DNA of 64,000 bases from contig NW_026940419.1 of assembly GCF_032062105.1 (NCBI RefSeq), positions 1 to 64,000 on the forward strand. The letters are read 5' to 3'. Under the pieces are notes generated by a model. The model did not search any database, had not been told where the DNA came from, and was given only the letters and a program-made list of their open reading frames with translations. Source of the stretch: Saccostrea cucullata. Lineage: Eukaryota. The translations under genes and the position numbers were made by a program. Shown here in pieces: positions 1 through 15,529 of the stretch; the stretch's first letter is position 1; each line of letters begins with the position of its first letter.

Positions 1-1679
1 ATGTTACACATCATTGAAAACCATGTCAATAGCACTTGGATTCACATCAATTCACATTTCAAATTAATGAGGAATTAACTTTGCAAGAAACAAAACACAT
101 GTTAAGTCAAGAATCCTGATTAACATCAAATTAAAGTATACATTATACAAAGAGCCACCATTTTCTCAAACCCCCAACATTAAATGAAATTCACAAAAAA
201 TAAGCAAACTGAAAATGCAATTTCCTATAATCATACATATATATCAATAATTTTCTTTTGATAACCAGTAGATAAATATTCAATTTCACTTTTTCCCTAC
301 AGTACCCAGTCTCAGCATTTCTTGAGACCCCTCCCTGATTTCTCATTACCTATCTAATCCTGCCAGCCACATGACCGCTTAATGTGTCCAGAATATTGTA
401 TTTTTTGCTGGATTCCTACTGCCTCTCTTTCCTTATCTTAATGCCCACTAAATCTTAAATCCACAAGGAGAGAAAAACAGTGCAAAAAACAAAACTTCTG
501 AGATTTCAATTTGTTTTAATGTCTGAAAGGCAACCAAACTGCTCTAAGATTTCTATCCTATGTTGGCAATGGCTATGGTCTTACAATATATGTAAAGTGT
601 GAATACTTTGGGACTCAAGATATATGAACTCTTACTGAAAGAAAACAACATGAAATATGTGCTCTGTATTAAAGGTATAAATTATGAATTTCCTTTCAAA
701 TTATATAAACTTTAAAAAAGTATACTGCAATTAAATTTTCAATTGGATACTTAACAAAAGAATCTGTATATAGCATGCAATATACCTTGCAATATAAAGT
801 CCATTAAAAAAATACATCTAGAATCATAATTTGTCAGGTAGTTGCTCCAATTATAATTAACATGTAATTTAACTAAGCAATGATGTTAATGTTTCACTGC
901 TATAAAAGCATCTCAAGTTCTGCAGGTTCTTGATAGTTGGCTGGCACAATTTGTCTCTGCATGGTTTGAAATATGCACATTCATTATTTTCTTTGAAACC
1001 TACCGCATAGCTCATTAAAGAGCTGTCTTTCAATGTTACAGAAAAAACAAACAAACACAATAAATTTGCATGAAATTATCTGATGTCATAAAAATTAAGT
1101 TTCTTAAAATAAGTGTAATGTTATTTTGATTTAATGTAATTTGTAAATTTAAATAAGAACTTTACTAGAATTTACCACTCTTAACAAAACTTCAGTATTA
1201 CCAAGATTTTATAAGGAATAAGACTACCATATCATACCTGGATAATTTTATCTATTATACCCATCTATGCCCTATATCCATACACTGTATGTGACATGCT
1301 AACAAAATGTGAGACATAGAGACAGAGAAGGGGGAAGGAGAATTTGAAATATTAACACCCCCCCCCACCCCACCCCAAAAAAGAAGTGTGATAGTGTATT
1401 AACATGTATCATATTTAGCGTGTATGATATTTGGCAGAAATTGAATTTTGAACAAGTTAGTGTAGATTTGCTTTAGCACATTTCTTAGTACAAGACATTC
1501 TTGTGCAAAACATTTAGGTATTTTACTTAATTAAGCGGAAGCTCCTTTCCGCCAAAGGTGCTAAAAAGAATACAGAGCCAAATGTAATATGTTTACAGTA
1601 ATTTGACAGAATATTTATTTATTTTGTTTTATATTCCTAAGATTCTTTGAAACTGAGCTAAATGCAAAATGAAAAATAA

Positions 1680-2150
1680 TAACAAGGTCAAGGTCATACC
1701 CTGTTCTAACAAATTTGTTTTTAACTATTTTATTTGTTTAGATTAAAATATGTTGAATAGTTTCCTTTAAACTAATAAACAAAATTAAATGAAATTTCAC
1801 AGAAACTGAACTTAATTAATGCAAAGTAAAATACATGTGGTAAAGTTAAGGTCACAAGGAAGGTCAAAATAAAAAAATTCTAATGAAGTTTAATAGCACT
1901 TTCCAAAATGTCTCAGCATATGAATTTAATGAAAAAAAAATCATTTGTTTGTTTAAATTTGAGCTGTATGCAAATTTAAGAAAAATAAATTGTCACAGGT
2001 AAGATCAAGGTCAATTTTTTTAGCAGTTTTGGCTGTAGTCTAACGAAGATTGATTTGAATATCTAGCTGTTTCTTTAAAGCTGAGCTAGACAGACAGATG
2101 GACAAACATGTAATTGCCCTGAGCTATATCAATTAAGGGACAATAAAAAA
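1680..2150 (+). mobile_element. degenerate HINE-like remnant
   Basis: Repeated AAGGTCAAGGTCA-like motifs, then a GACAGACAGATGGACA microsatellite and a weak terminal stem-loop with A-run. Boundaries are approximate. Confidence 0.35.
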
Positions 2151-2625
2151 GGTTATACATGCTGCATCAAATTAATTTTGCCAATTTATCAGTCCACCTT
2201 AATGTATACATGAGTAAAGCATCAGAGACTGTAAGTATCTGACACAAAACAGAAACAAGAAAACAATCTGAACACACCAGGACTTATCAGCTCAGGCCTG
2301 AACCTCCTCATCAAACAGCTGTGGGGAGGGGTGTCAGTGAACCCCCTCTAAAATGGTAAGAAACAATTGAAAGAAAACATTAACACCACTAACTACAAGA
2401 GGAATATATAAACAGTAGGAGAAACCCTTCTAGTCTAAATCAACAATCCCCTGAAAATGTGCAGATTGCTCATGTCGCCACATGGTTTCTTGTACTTCTT
2501 GCTCAACAACAAGCTACCTCAAGTGGATAAAAAACATTAAAATCACCAATTCACCAATTGCAGATCAAAATCAAAATAATAAATGTGTTCACTGTTGAAG
2601 TTCAGAACAAACTACCTGAGGAAAA

Positions 2626-3656
2626 ACCAGAAGTCTCTGTCGAGACTGAAGCTCTACTGGTTTGAACTTACAGCAGAAAAGTACAAGCAGCTGGGATTTC
2701 ATAATGATCGTTGATAAAATGTTCTTAGTGTAGTCTACTTGTGTGCCAAGTTATACTGAAATCAGACCAAAACTGTAGGAGGAAGCATTTTGAAACAATT
2801 TTACAGACATTTCTATTTTTAGTAACCACGGCAACACCGTTCACCAAAATTAAAATTCAATACACAGAATTATGTATCTTAGTGTTTTCTACTTATGTGC
2901 CAAGTTATATTGAAATCAGACCAAAACTGTAGGAGGAGTAGCATTTTGAAACAATTTTACAGATATTTCTATTTTTAGTAACCACGGCAACACCGTTCAT
3001 CAAAATCAAAAACCGATAAATAGAATTATGTATCTTAGTGTATTCTACTTGTGTGCCAAGTAATACTGAAATCAGACCAAAACTGTAGGAGGAGTAGCAT
3101 TTTGAAAGAATTTCACAGAAATTTCTATTTTTAGTAACCACGGCAACACCGTTCATCAAAATCAAAAACCGATAAATAGAATTATGTATCTTAGTGTATT
3201 CTAAAGTTATAATGAAATCAAACCAAAACTGTAGGAGGAGTAGCATTTTGAAAGAATTTCACAGAAATTTCTATTTTTAGTAACCACGGCAACACCGTTC
3301 ATCAAAATCAAAAACCGATACACAGAATTATGTATCTTAGTGTATTCTACTTGTTTGCCAAGTTATACTGAAATCAGACCAAAACTGTAGGAGGAGTAGC
3401 TGAAAGAATTTCACCGAAATTTCTATTTTTAGTAACCACGGCAACACCGTTCATTGAAATCAAAAACCGATACACAGAATTATGTATCTTAGTGTAGTCT
3501 ACTTGTGTGCCAAGTTATATTGAAATTAGACCAAAACTGTAGGAGGAGTAGCATTTTGAAAAATTGTTTACAGACAGACAGACGGACAGACGGACGGACG
3601 CCGGACGCATTACTATCGCATAAGCTCTTCTGGTCTCTGACCAGTAGAGCTAAAAA
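2626..3656 (+). mobile_element. pearl/CvA-like non-autonomous element (Helentron-associated, HINE-type) carrying about 5.5 copies of a ~156-bp core repeat
   Basis: 5' hairpin AGTCTC-tgtc-GAGACT. Subterminal inverted repeat AGCTCTACTGGT (2650-2661) / ACCAGTAGAGCT (3640-3651). Core anchor TCAGACCAAAACTGTAGG recurs at about 2762, 2916, 3072, 3218, 3374 and 3526. (ACAG/ACGG)n microsatellite at about 3570-3600, then a 3' stem-loop and A-run. The modular layout matches the oyster CvA/pearl family. Confidence 0.88.
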
Positions 3657-6600
3657 ACCACATTGGGGGAAAAAAGAACAGAAATCTTACCTCACAAGAC
3701 ATCCTGTCACATTAAAAACTCTAATGTACTTTAAAGATACAGTGCAGCAAAAAGCAAAATCTTGTTATCTTCTAGCAGAAACTGAATTTTTTGTCAGAGA
3801 GGTGACAAGTTCATCATATCTTCTGCTTATGAAGAGAGAGAGGTTGGAGAGAGTCTTAAATCAGGAGGTGCAGTCATTCTTACACGAGTGTGCACCTGGA
3901 CGTTATGTCCGATTTATCACCTTCTACCAGGCACCGAACATGATGATGGGTCATTAATACAGTAAATCATCCAGACATGGGCTCTAAAACAACATAAAAG
4001 TCAAGCTAGGGGATACCAGAATTTTCTCTACAAAAAGTACTCCTCAGTAGCCTTTGCTTCCCATAGATAATGAAGCAAACAAACAAAGTTAAAAAGGTCT
4101 TTAAAAAGTATTGCAATGAAGATGTTCAACTTCCTAAGAATACAGTACTTTTATTTCTGACTTAACTGTCCATTTAAATTCAATACATTGATTGAAAAAT
4201 CTCATAGGTAACTCAACTGTTAAATAAAACATGCATAATTAATTTTTATTTAGGGGAGATATGAAAGAGGAGCATATAATGGCTTTTCAGTATCAAGGTT
4301 TTTATGTGGATCTGTCACTCGTGCAAATCTTTGACTGGGTTCTGCAAAGCATCAGCTGCTTCAAATCTTTATACCCTTTGCTTCAGAGATAGGGAATTCA
4401 TCAGGGCTCGGCCACTGTGCCACTGCTTTTTATGCAATACCGGTATCTTAATGTTAATCAGAGAGACTACAAAAATCCGGGTAATGGAATATTTTCTTAA
4501 CTTCCTGCCTTAAAAGTTTCAATTTTTATTTTATTATAGTTGAACTACAATATCTAAAACATAATTCCAAATGCCAAAAATATGTCAGCACTCTGCAGTC
4601 CTAGCTATATTGTATATAATTTAAAGTCAAGCATTTTTCTTCAATGCCAAAGTAGTCCTTATTTAAGTTTTGGATACAAATTATTTTAGAAAAGTTATCA
4701 CTTTAATACAGATGAACCTTTAGTTAAAAGATTTATCAATTAATTAATACATATTCTACTATATCTGTCAAAAACTGTCTCTTTTTATCCAGAAATATAT
4801 ACGTCTTTAAAAAGCAAAATGCAAATTTCAGCATCACAAATCATTAATAACCTTGCACTTTTATTTCAGACATCTAATTAATGAAATTTTGTCACCTTAA
4901 AAAGCACAAAACACTTAAATAACAAACCTAATATTGTCAAACAAATCCACACAATTCCACTTAACAGCATGTCAAAACAACTTCACCCAGGTCACACTGC
5001 TGCACCAAAGTCAAAATATTTGGAGAAATAAGCAGACCAAGAGCATCCCTCACTGAGTTATAATCGTGATCCTGGCCATTTAATCCCTGTGACTGGACAC
5101 AGGACTTGGGGCTTTGTTACGCTGACATTATTGGTTTGTTCTCAGCACGATACCCCCCTCATTACTACAGCCAGATTAGACACATCTATTCCACATAATC
5201 TGCCATTCATGTCTGATCCTCATCCATCATTATATTTTTAACACTTCATTTATGACCACTTCCACGTCCATTCTTCATCATCACTAACCTTATTAATTCA
5301 ATTTATTATCAGCTAATTTTTGTATCAAATTTTCAAAATGATTTTTGGCACAATTAAAGTACATAACAGTATAAATCTAAAACTGGCCAGATAAAACAAG
5401 TCCATTAACATTCATCTGTTTGGTGTATACTTGCATGATAATAGTAAATCTTTAATTACCTTTAATTGATCTTTTAAAACACTATAATGTGCGACACATA
5501 TAAGACTAACATGACCTTGAGAAAAGGTACCAGTATATTCCATATATTCTTTATAATCTGACTTTGTCTTCAAGACATAGACATCTTTTTTCAGACATTT
5601 TTCTATTAATTAAGACACTGCCAGACATTGCACAGTAATGATGCACAGACTATAATTATGTTGTCAGTCTTTTGCTATAACGGCTGGCCGGCCTACTCCC
5701 TAGTTGAGGAGTGATTTACTATGGGGGACATCCTATTAGTGATTTTTCATGCATCTCAAGTGCATTTAACGGGATCTTGCACACACCTCCCACCATTCCC
5801 AAGTAACATCTTGACATGTATTTAATTTTCTGAGATGTCATAGGACAATTTAATCTCAACTCTTGTTATTGCCATATTGGGAGACAATGGATCTGGCAGT
5901 TGGAGAAAAGGGAAAGAAGTTTAGAATTTCTCTTCTACATTTATCATGGTTGATGAATTTGAGAAAATATATGGGGGTAATCAGTGACCTTTTGTTTTTC
6001 TGCACAAGGACGGCAGATTTGAGACATCTGTTCAATTCAAGCCTTTCATGTGTCTCATTTATCTACTTATTAAATTATTTTAAAACCATTTTCAATCAAT
6101 TTCACAGAATAACATGACAAGTAATTCTAAGAAAAGGTTCTACTTCCATATTTGCAATGTGTTTTGGTTTACAACAATTTTATCTGAAATTCCAAATACC
6201 AGTACAATGTACTTCAAAGCTATTGGAATACTCAAAGTGTATGACAAGTTTTTCCATCAAGACTCACTTCCAGCTTAGAGCAATGCCCAGTTTTACAATG
6301 TGTACAGATCTTACAATAGACAGAAAGGAAAATAAATAAATACACACTACACCATCAAACTAAACAAATCCAATGTTCCCAATGATTGTATTGCAGTTTT
6401 CTCACAATATAAACATGACACAGTTAGCACTAAAACATATTAAGAAGGAGAAAAATATGCTAAAAGAAATATTTATTTAAGACAGATTTCCATCAGCGCA
6501 TGTCAAAAAATTTAAGGACAAATTCTGTATTCTTTACATTGTTGTTTTCCTATTCATCAGTGTCATCAACATTTCTCTGAACAATAAAACAGGTGAAAGA

Positions 6601-9600
6601 AGACAAGCCTCTTTTTATTACAATTGATTTATTGCCTGTGATGAATTTATTAATCAGTTAATTCTCACAAGAATGAAGAAAATACAGGACAATGGAGAGA
6701 ATAGTGGACCGAAAATACTAAAGAATAATAAAACCATCAGCCATCAACAATGCTTTTTTACCTTTATAAATATTAACAGCCTCTCAATGTAACCTTGAAG
6801 CCAACTTTTTACGAGTCCACTTTCAGCAAGTGAATATATATCTTCAATAGCAGTCTTCTAATTGAGGCATTTAAAATCATGCATGCACGTATACAAATGC
6901 AAAATCATGTTTCAACTTTTAATTCATTCTATTTTTATGTATTTAATCATTAAAGGGACTATGACCAGTTATTTTTTTAAAAAGTCAGTAAATTCTGAAA
7001 AATGAGGCTTGCAGTGAAAACTGTTTGAATTTGCAGGGTTTAATTCACTGACTGGTACAATGATACAGCAATGACAGCATTAGCTGCTTCAACTTGCAGA
7101 GAGTTTGTGATAAGATCTGATGGTTAGACAGATAAGTGGAGGAGGTTTAATCCCTAAGTTAATCAGACAAGATCATCTACCAAGATAATCCAGTACTTGT
7201 CATTGATCAAGGCAATCATTAACAACATGTAGCATTTACACCCAGTAGAACCCACTATTTGTTTATATTCTAAAACATTGAGTCCTGCTTACCAGCATAA
7301 ATACTTATAAAAGGTCTTTTAGTGCAAAATGTAATTTGAAGTCTTGACTTTATTCCATTTCTTGTAGAAATTTCCCTTGTTCTGAAACATTCTAGATCCT
7401 GAAAGAGATTTAGTTTTATTGATACAGCTCTAAGCCTTGGATTATGTTGAAGACAAGTAGCCCGCTAGAAGCTGTGCTTTTGTACAAGACCTGCTGAGGA
7501 CAGCTAGTACTGGATATACAAACATAAACAGCTTTGAACAAGACTTGAACTAATTGGTATAGTCAACTTTTGTCAATTTACAGCCAATTCTAATGTACTT
7601 TCAGATAAAATATATAATTCTCAGAACCTTCACAATACATGTTATTCCCTTTTCTGCATCCATGCTGAACCAGACTTCAGTGCCTTGAGTAAAACAATCA
7701 AACTTGATTTTTTTCTGTTAGTTGCTTCATATAATTTTCTTACGATCTTCCAGAAACATGTTTCTAAAGAGAAGACATATTTTCAGTTGTCACAGTATTT
7801 TATGTTGACAGTTTGTGAATTATTTCATATAAAATCTCATCTCTGACACTTAGACACAGTCTGTGCCAACTCTAAAAACCAAAATAACAATGCTACAGCA
7901 ATTAGCATTATCCCAATTAGCTCACAATAACAGCATCTATTAATTGCCAAAAACATCTTGGGTTACTGAAATTAACATGAACCATATAAATCAAGTTTCA
8001 TGTGCATTTGATGAAGATTTGTAAACAATGAAAGTACAATTTATTGGTTTGTACCGCATGCCTGCAGATTTACTTTTCTGACGTGGTTACAACACATATA
8101 CTACGTAGAAAGTCTGAATTAAAGTGTCGCATTGATTTCAAAATATATCTTACACAAAACAACAGATATGTTTGTTATACATTATTATTACCATGATAAA
8201 ATGATTAAATTAATGTGGTCTTTTCATGCTTTAGTACAAAAAATGATCATGTGAAAAATATATTAATTAAAGTCATAAAATTATATATGCTTCCACAAAT
8301 TCAGCATCAAAACATTTTGAATGAAAAATAATTTAAATTGCAAGAATTTTTCAGAAACAGTATGAGATAAAGTACAAAAAGATCTTAGAACAATTGTTAC
8401 ATGTACTTATAGATGTTTATGCTCACTGCACCTTTATTTATGTTTTTGGCAAACTTTTAAATCGTACATGTAATTGAGGAACTGTCCACCTAGATTCTGA
8501 GATATCTTTTTTCAGTATGTGAATAACAGGATGCACTAAGCCCTCAGAGTTAAGCACTCTAGGAAGTATTTAACTCTAACTTGTTAACAGAATCTGATAC
8601 TTAATGTTTCTGGTCCCTGATAATCCAGATTCTGACAATGACCATGATATGGGGACAACACCTCACAATTATCTGCTCTAGTAATTAAGTGCTTGTAAAT
8701 TAATGCATTCAACATATTTACTACAAATTTTATTCAAAATCTTTATCCCTATTTTGAATAATCATGCAAGTAAGGATCTTGAAGACTAAAAGCTAAATAT
8801 ACACCAAAATCTACATGTATATGCTTCCTGAATGGATGATTACAGGGGCCTAAAAAGATTACTAAAATCATCAATGTAACTTATGCCACCCACTGGCATC
8901 AATAAATTATGCTGATCTGATGACAAAAAGACACGCAAGAGCTCTAATATGGCTTATAAACACAATTTTACAGTTCTCTTTTTTGAAAATCATAATAAAT
9001 AAAATCTCATTTATAAATCCTTGATAATATAATTATTAAATCCTTAGTCATCCATTTTACATTCTATCTTAGTCGTACAAGAAGCTGAACCCAAATAAAT
9101 TATCACTGTGGCTTTAACAATTAACTTAATTACTGACGCTGATGAGATTATATACTTCACATTTTATATATTATTATTAAAATGCGGACTGATCCCAATT
9201 AAGTTCCCCTTAGCATGTTTGTCAGATATAAAATAGTAACAATGAACAAAGAGACACCCTTAAAACATATCGTGACTGGAGAATTATTTTGGATGGAGTC
9301 CATGTAAAGAATAAAATGATAGCACCATGTGTCAAAACTGACCTGGTGTCTTCTTATACAATGAAATATGAAAAACAAACATATCAGAGCACCTGTAATG
9401 TCAGGTTAAGTCAGAATAAATGTCACACAGTGCTACAATCTTTGTCTGAATTAGGACGGATATATATTGTCATTTCTATCTGTAATGAGCAACAAATGAC
9501 CACTTAAACTATGATGTATATCTATCTATCAATAATGAAAATATTGGATCACTCTGGTGCACTGACCTAATTTAAGAGGGTTAAAAAAATTATCACAATC

Positions 9601-12600
9601 AAAGGGAGATAACTTTTGCAACCTTTTGCTCTTTTTCCAGTAACCTGCTCTTACAAGGAATTTTTTTTTTTAAATCTTGGGGTATTTATAATGATCAATA
9701 AGGAAATATCTATGCAAAATATGACCAACCATACACATTTGCTTGTGAGGTCTGAATATCAAATAAAATATCAAGTCCAAGAACTGCTCCATAAAATCAT
9801 TGTATCTGATTGACTACCACCTCCAAGGAATGTTGTTAATTGAAATACCAACACCACAGCTTAAAAGCAAGTCATTAATCTTTCAACAATTAAAATAAAC
9901 TTAAACAATGAGGTCTTCAGAAAATTATGTAACTCTGTTTTGTTAATTAAACAGATGATTGTAATCAAAAACCTTAAGATTTTTATTTTGGTTAGTTATA
10001 TAGACCAAGTTATACATTCTATAACCACACACTAAAGAATTAATGCATATGTTATCAAACGGATCATCCGGATATAGAATTACAGTAACAATATCATAAA
10101 TCTGTATCTGGTGTTGTTTTGACTGTCTTGCCAGTAAACAAACAGCAGATACAAAAAACTTTTTTCTTGTTTTTTCAAGGAAGAATAATATTTAACTTTA
10201 TATGAAGCACATTTTGCCTTGTCTATATCCTTTGGTATTTTACAAGCAGCTCTCAAGTGTAGCCAGCAATCTGGGCCCTCATAACCTTTTTTTTATCTTA
10301 GTGATTAATATTTTAGTGTGTCAATCAAAAATCTGAAGTTCAAATAATATTTTGAACCTCTCTAATTACATAAACTTTACTGCTGTAAAAGAACTAAAAA
10401 TCAAAGACTTTTAAAAATGTCATATTTCTCAGCTTTATACAATGTGACCAAGACAGACACACAGACAATCAAAAGTTTATCAAGCATACAAATGACATCC
10501 ATTGTTTGGGCACCTCCAAATTTTACTTTCAAATACATGTAGATATATATTAATCATGTCTTTAAACATGAAAAAAAAATTCTTAAAAAAAACTTTAAAA
10601 TATACTACAAAAACAGAATCCAGATTAAATTGAAAATAATTTTCCTCATGGTGGGTGAACTGGGCATTCCCCCTGAATCCCCCATAGAACCATTGCATGT
10701 GATGTTTCCTTTGGTTTTGTCAAAGGAATGAAAATTTCTAAAATGTCCATTTCAGAAAACTGTTTCCTCTAATATGTCCAAACCATTAGTTTCTAAGACC
10801 AAGTGAAAATGATTTCTCTCTGTCAGAATATGTGCATGGATGTACAATTCAGAGCTTGATGTGTCATCACTAAATCAATATACCCTAAACTACAACACTG
10901 TCCACTCAGGATCTTTACACAGCCAAGACAAAGTCTTTGCCAAATTGTACTGTTCAAAAATTATTTCAAATGATATTTAGTTTCCTTGCATGATGGTGTC
11001 TTCTAAGTTTGACAACTGTGTTAAAGGGTGGGAAATCTATGACACGTTCACTAGACAGCTCGCACATACACTCTTATTTGTAACATGCAATCATGGCAGT
11101 GCAATCTGACACGTACTTTCTGAGGTACTGACAGACAGACCCTGCTAGGCCACCCAGGTATTTGTCACAATAGATACACAAGCATCGTAAATCCACTGAA
11201 GTCAGTGTACTCTGTGTAGCCTTCAATCCTCAGAGAATCGGAATTCTAGTCAGTTTTAATGACCCCTTTGATTTCTTGGGTTCATTACCTTGAAAGGGCA
11301 GTAAAATCAACTGCATGTGATTAGCCTATAAAAAAAATGAAGTGTCCTTTTAGGCCATGCAGTGAACCAGACATTAAATCTAGCAAGCATGAAGAAAAAA
11401 CAGTCTGGGGATTAAGATAGAAGTACATAGACCTTATAACATCCTCACAATCGGGACAAAATTTCCATTTCATTCCATACAAGTCTTCCTTAATATATCA
11501 GCCTTTACAAAAGCCTTAAGAATGTCTATTTTTCACTTCCTAGAACAATGTCTGGTCTATTTGGTTTCCTGTGAAATTCCAAACATCTGCAGGTGAAGCC
11601 TTTGCAAATGGCTAGAGAGTAGTAATTATTCTGCTTCATATAGAAAAGCTGTTGATCTCTGTAATCATATTTGTAAAATTCCCTACTTGAGCATTGGGCG
11701 AGATGCTCAAAACAAAGTGAGAACTAAAACAGGAGCAGGCTCTATACAGTCCAAACAATGCTCTTACAGTGAACTTCATCAGATACAATGGAAGGGTCTT
11801 TCTTACAACATAATGAAACAACTTTTGTAGCCTATTTAAAATCATAATTCTGCTGTTTCTTGTATGAAAATATTGAAAAATACCTATTAACTTCATATTT
11901 GAAACAAAATGTAGAATATTTCTTTACAAATATCTTCAGCTATGTCAAGCATCTTAACAAACAATGGTCTGCTATCCCATCAAAGATGAAACAATTTTTC
12001 TTCCGGAAATTTAAGTACATGCAGAAACTTACCAAAGTGAAACATTGATTTCTTTGAACATTATATCAATATATCCCATTATGAATAGTAGCCTAAAGCT
12101 GGCACTAAAAATAAAAATAAATGTTTAAAATCTGTGTTTCATTAGAAAACTTGAGTTCATCTTTCACCTCAAAATGATGTCCCAGGTCAACAACAAGTCA
12201 TAATCTTCACAGTTTTACATGCACTCTCAAACTTCATTTTCTCCGAAAAACAAAAGACAATTTGCATGTTAGTTGTAGCAGGTGGGGCATGCCCTCTGTT
12301 TTTCCTTTTCCAGACTGTCAGTGACTTTATCCTCAAAATTATACCTCTGACACTAATAAGGACAAAATTCTATGCTGATCCATCCAAGAAAATCAATATG
12401 GTTTTTTTCCAAAGACTAACATCGTTTTTCTCCTCCTTTAATGCTGTGAATTGCTTGTGATTTTAATTCGCTTCACACTTTGGAAATTGAGAAGGGACAC
12501 AAAACATTAAACGAGGGAGATAACGGCAATATTAAACTTATTGTAATTTATGCAAATTCTGGACATTATTGCCGAGATTTTGTTTGCATACACTGAAGGA

Positions 12601-13990
12601 GATAAATGATTGGACAAAGACTTTGTCAGCAATACGATGTGTTTTATAATAGTTTGATTTGTTGCCTTTGTTTTTCAGGCATATTCAATTTCACATTCAC
12701 TTACAAGCAATATTTGAGATGGAAATGATATTTTCATCCTTTTAATAGATTTCTAAGCATTTTGACTATATCTCTATGCTTATCTGAATATAAAGACTAT
12801 AAAATGAAGGTAAAATGTTCCTTTACGCTGAAGAAAACCTCATATTCTAGAAAGCCTTATTCTTTTAGTGCAAGTGATTAAAGCTGTAGGATAGGGTTTT
12901 CTTGACTAAGATAAGTTAATAATTTATCTATCTGAACTTGGCTCTAACCACAAATAAAAGGTTTAAATTTTTACCACGTCACCCTAAAAAAAGATAGACA
13001 AACCATTATTATCCTGATAAAACCTAAAGATATCTACATACTTTTTTTTCATTTTCTGAAATTTCTTTCACAGAAAACTGGAGGAAGGAATTTTGATTTC
13101 AAGTCCTTCTTTAATGCATTAAAATATCAATATGTTAAAAGATGATTTGATCTATCTGTATAAAAGTAATTCAGAGATACTATCTATTCCTTTATAAACC
13201 TATAAACTGTCTAGTAGAAACAAGGTACAGATAGATAAGTACACTGCTGAAGGTCTGGAGAATGCTTCTAGAGCAAGTCACGGAAATGTTTCATTTTTAT
13301 CCTGCTGTGATTAAAATAAAACTCAAAGAATCAAGATTTTTAGTCAAAAATGAATTGTCTTAAAATACAAATACCTGCTTATTCTTAATGAAATAAGGAT
13401 ACTTAATAACAGATGGAGAAAACATGCTTGAAATGAATTCACATTTGAATTAGAGATATGATATTTTCATTCCCAGTGATGTTTTCAGATAAATTTATCT
13501 GTCCCTTGCACTTCACTTTCAGCATTTTACTGTAGTGGTGCATGTATATGTATGATAAATTTCATATAAAATATGTAAATTTCAAAAGTATATTGATTTA
13601 ATCTTTGGCTAAATCTTAAATATAGATTTTGAAATTTCTTTTTTGTGGTAAAAAGACAAACTTCTACTAATTTAAAAGCATTCGATTCTGGCCAAGCCCA
13701 TCTTTGATATCCAAATACGCTTAATTCTTTTGGATCCATGAAACAAAAATATTAAATTTTAGAGAAATCAACTCATGTATGTTCAAAACATAAAAGTTGT
13801 TGATTATAATACATTGGCCACTTTTGGTAATCTTGGCTAGCTGCTCTATTCCAAACAAACTGAGTAACAGTAAATAACTTCTTTGTATTTTTTCTGTAAA
13901 ATAATAAATGCAGACTCCCACCCCTTGTCACACTATGCAGGTGAATTGACTGGGTAATTAAGTACCACTGTATATACACCTGTAACTTAC

Positions 13991-14344
13991 TTGATTTTCA
14001 TTCTCTGCCTCTGCTATTTCCCGGGGTTGTCTTGTCACCAGTCTATCACATGATTTTGACTGCTGCAAGAAGCCACCCTCTGAGGGTTTTCCTTTCCGCA
14101 CTTTAACTTGACCTAGTCCTTCAGACGACTGCGGATGTTTCTTGTCTGTGTTAGCCAGCCATTTCCCTGATGGGCTCCTGCCCTGACTGGTAGAGTCTAC
14201 CTCTGAAAGGTGGCCTTTTCCCTCCTGACCCTGAAACTGGTCCCTTCTGGACAATCTTGGTGGAATGGGTTGAGAGGCACTTCTTCGAATGTGACGTGGG
14301 ATTGGAATACCTGAAGGATGTGGAGATTTGACTTTCCCATCCAT
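13991..14344 (-). CDS. first coding exon of an unidentified gene continuing off the left edge; disordered Ser/Pro/Arg-rich N-terminus with an SxIP-like motif (SGIP)
   Basis: 118 open codons MDGKVKSPHPSGIPIPRHIRRSAS...EAENENQ ending at a strong phase-0 donor CAA|GTAAGT (13991). Acceptor TATCAG| at 14380. GC content is higher than the flanks. Candidate upstream UTR exon with donor |GTGAGA at 14709. Confidence 0.6.
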
Positions 14345-15234
14345 CCTTCCATTCCTATCACGTGGTTGTCAATGTATGCCTGATATGATAAAAAAAATTT
14401 AAATAACAAATATAAACATACATGTGTAAAATATTTCGTATAAAACGTGCAATCCATTATAAAAAACCTAAGCCCCCATGGTCAAATGTACTGACGTTTT
14501 TAAAAGTCCGATGCATGTGGTCACTCCCAAGTCCGATGGCTTGTTCCCTACCAAATTTAGGATCCCCTAAACTCCATATTTTTAAAATTAAAATCCTTTA
14601 CAACTTATTTCGTCCCCTACTTCCAGCTACTAACCCAATGTGAATACTTCGTTATGTAATAATTTAAGAAACAGTATTTTGCCGTGGACATGTCCTCAGT
14701 CATTCTCACCATCGTTTTGCTCAACATCACATCTGATAATAAGATTTTTATCCAAAAGTACGAGGGTCTACAGTAACATATGTCACTATACAATCTTTAG
14801 ATTAATCAACAGATCGACCGTATTTTTTCTATGTACAATTGACCGTATTCCTTCTGCACGTTGATAGACCAATTTCCCGCGTTTATGTCACATGTAAACG
14901 AGAAAATTGAAATACAGGTTCAAGCATTAAATTTCCGGAAAAGGAACATCTCAAGTGTTTTTGTCCATTAACGTGAAATATGAACAGAATGCATTGAATT
15001 TACAATTGATTGAACACAATGAAATAATTATAAAACAAACAAGAGTAACAGAAGACAAAGTTCAGTTAATAATACATGTGTAAAATATGTATATGTCTGA
15101 CATTATACAGTTATATATTACCTAATGCGTAGGTTTTGTTTTTTTTTAATTTTAGGTCTCCTTTTTGTTGTTAAAAGGAAATCGATTTCATTTAATGATT
15201 ATCTGTTGGATACAGTTATTCCTGTGCTAATATA

Positions 15235-15529
15235 CAGGCGGATCCAGGATTCCCAGAAAAGGGGGCAAGTAGGAATTTCATCTAAGACTTGGCTTTTTTT
15301 AAATGAAGAAACCTTTTACTATTTTGTGAAAAGCCCTAAGATGTTCCGCGTCCCAACTCAGGGGGCGCAACCCCATAGGGCTCCCAGATTTTAAGTCCTT
15401 TTATGTACAATGTATGTTTTAAAAAACAGTATCGGACGATAAAAACATTAATTTACCTACTTTACTACATGTAAATTGGGTAACAAAAGATTAATCCTTG
15501 GGGTGATACTCTCTCTGAATCCGCCACTG
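15235..15529. mobile_element. MITE with CAG(T)GGCGGATCCAG-type terminal inverted repeats (hAT-like)
   Basis: CAGGCGGATCCAGGA at the left end and TGAATCCGCCACTG at the right end. Related ends occur at about 48030 and 49640-49795. No clean TSD seen. Confidence 0.5.

Noticed and set aside
2741-3957. ORFs of 63-150 aa (also 31720-31959)
   Set aside because: They derive from the 156-bp core and microsatellite of the CvA-like element and run-on sequence.
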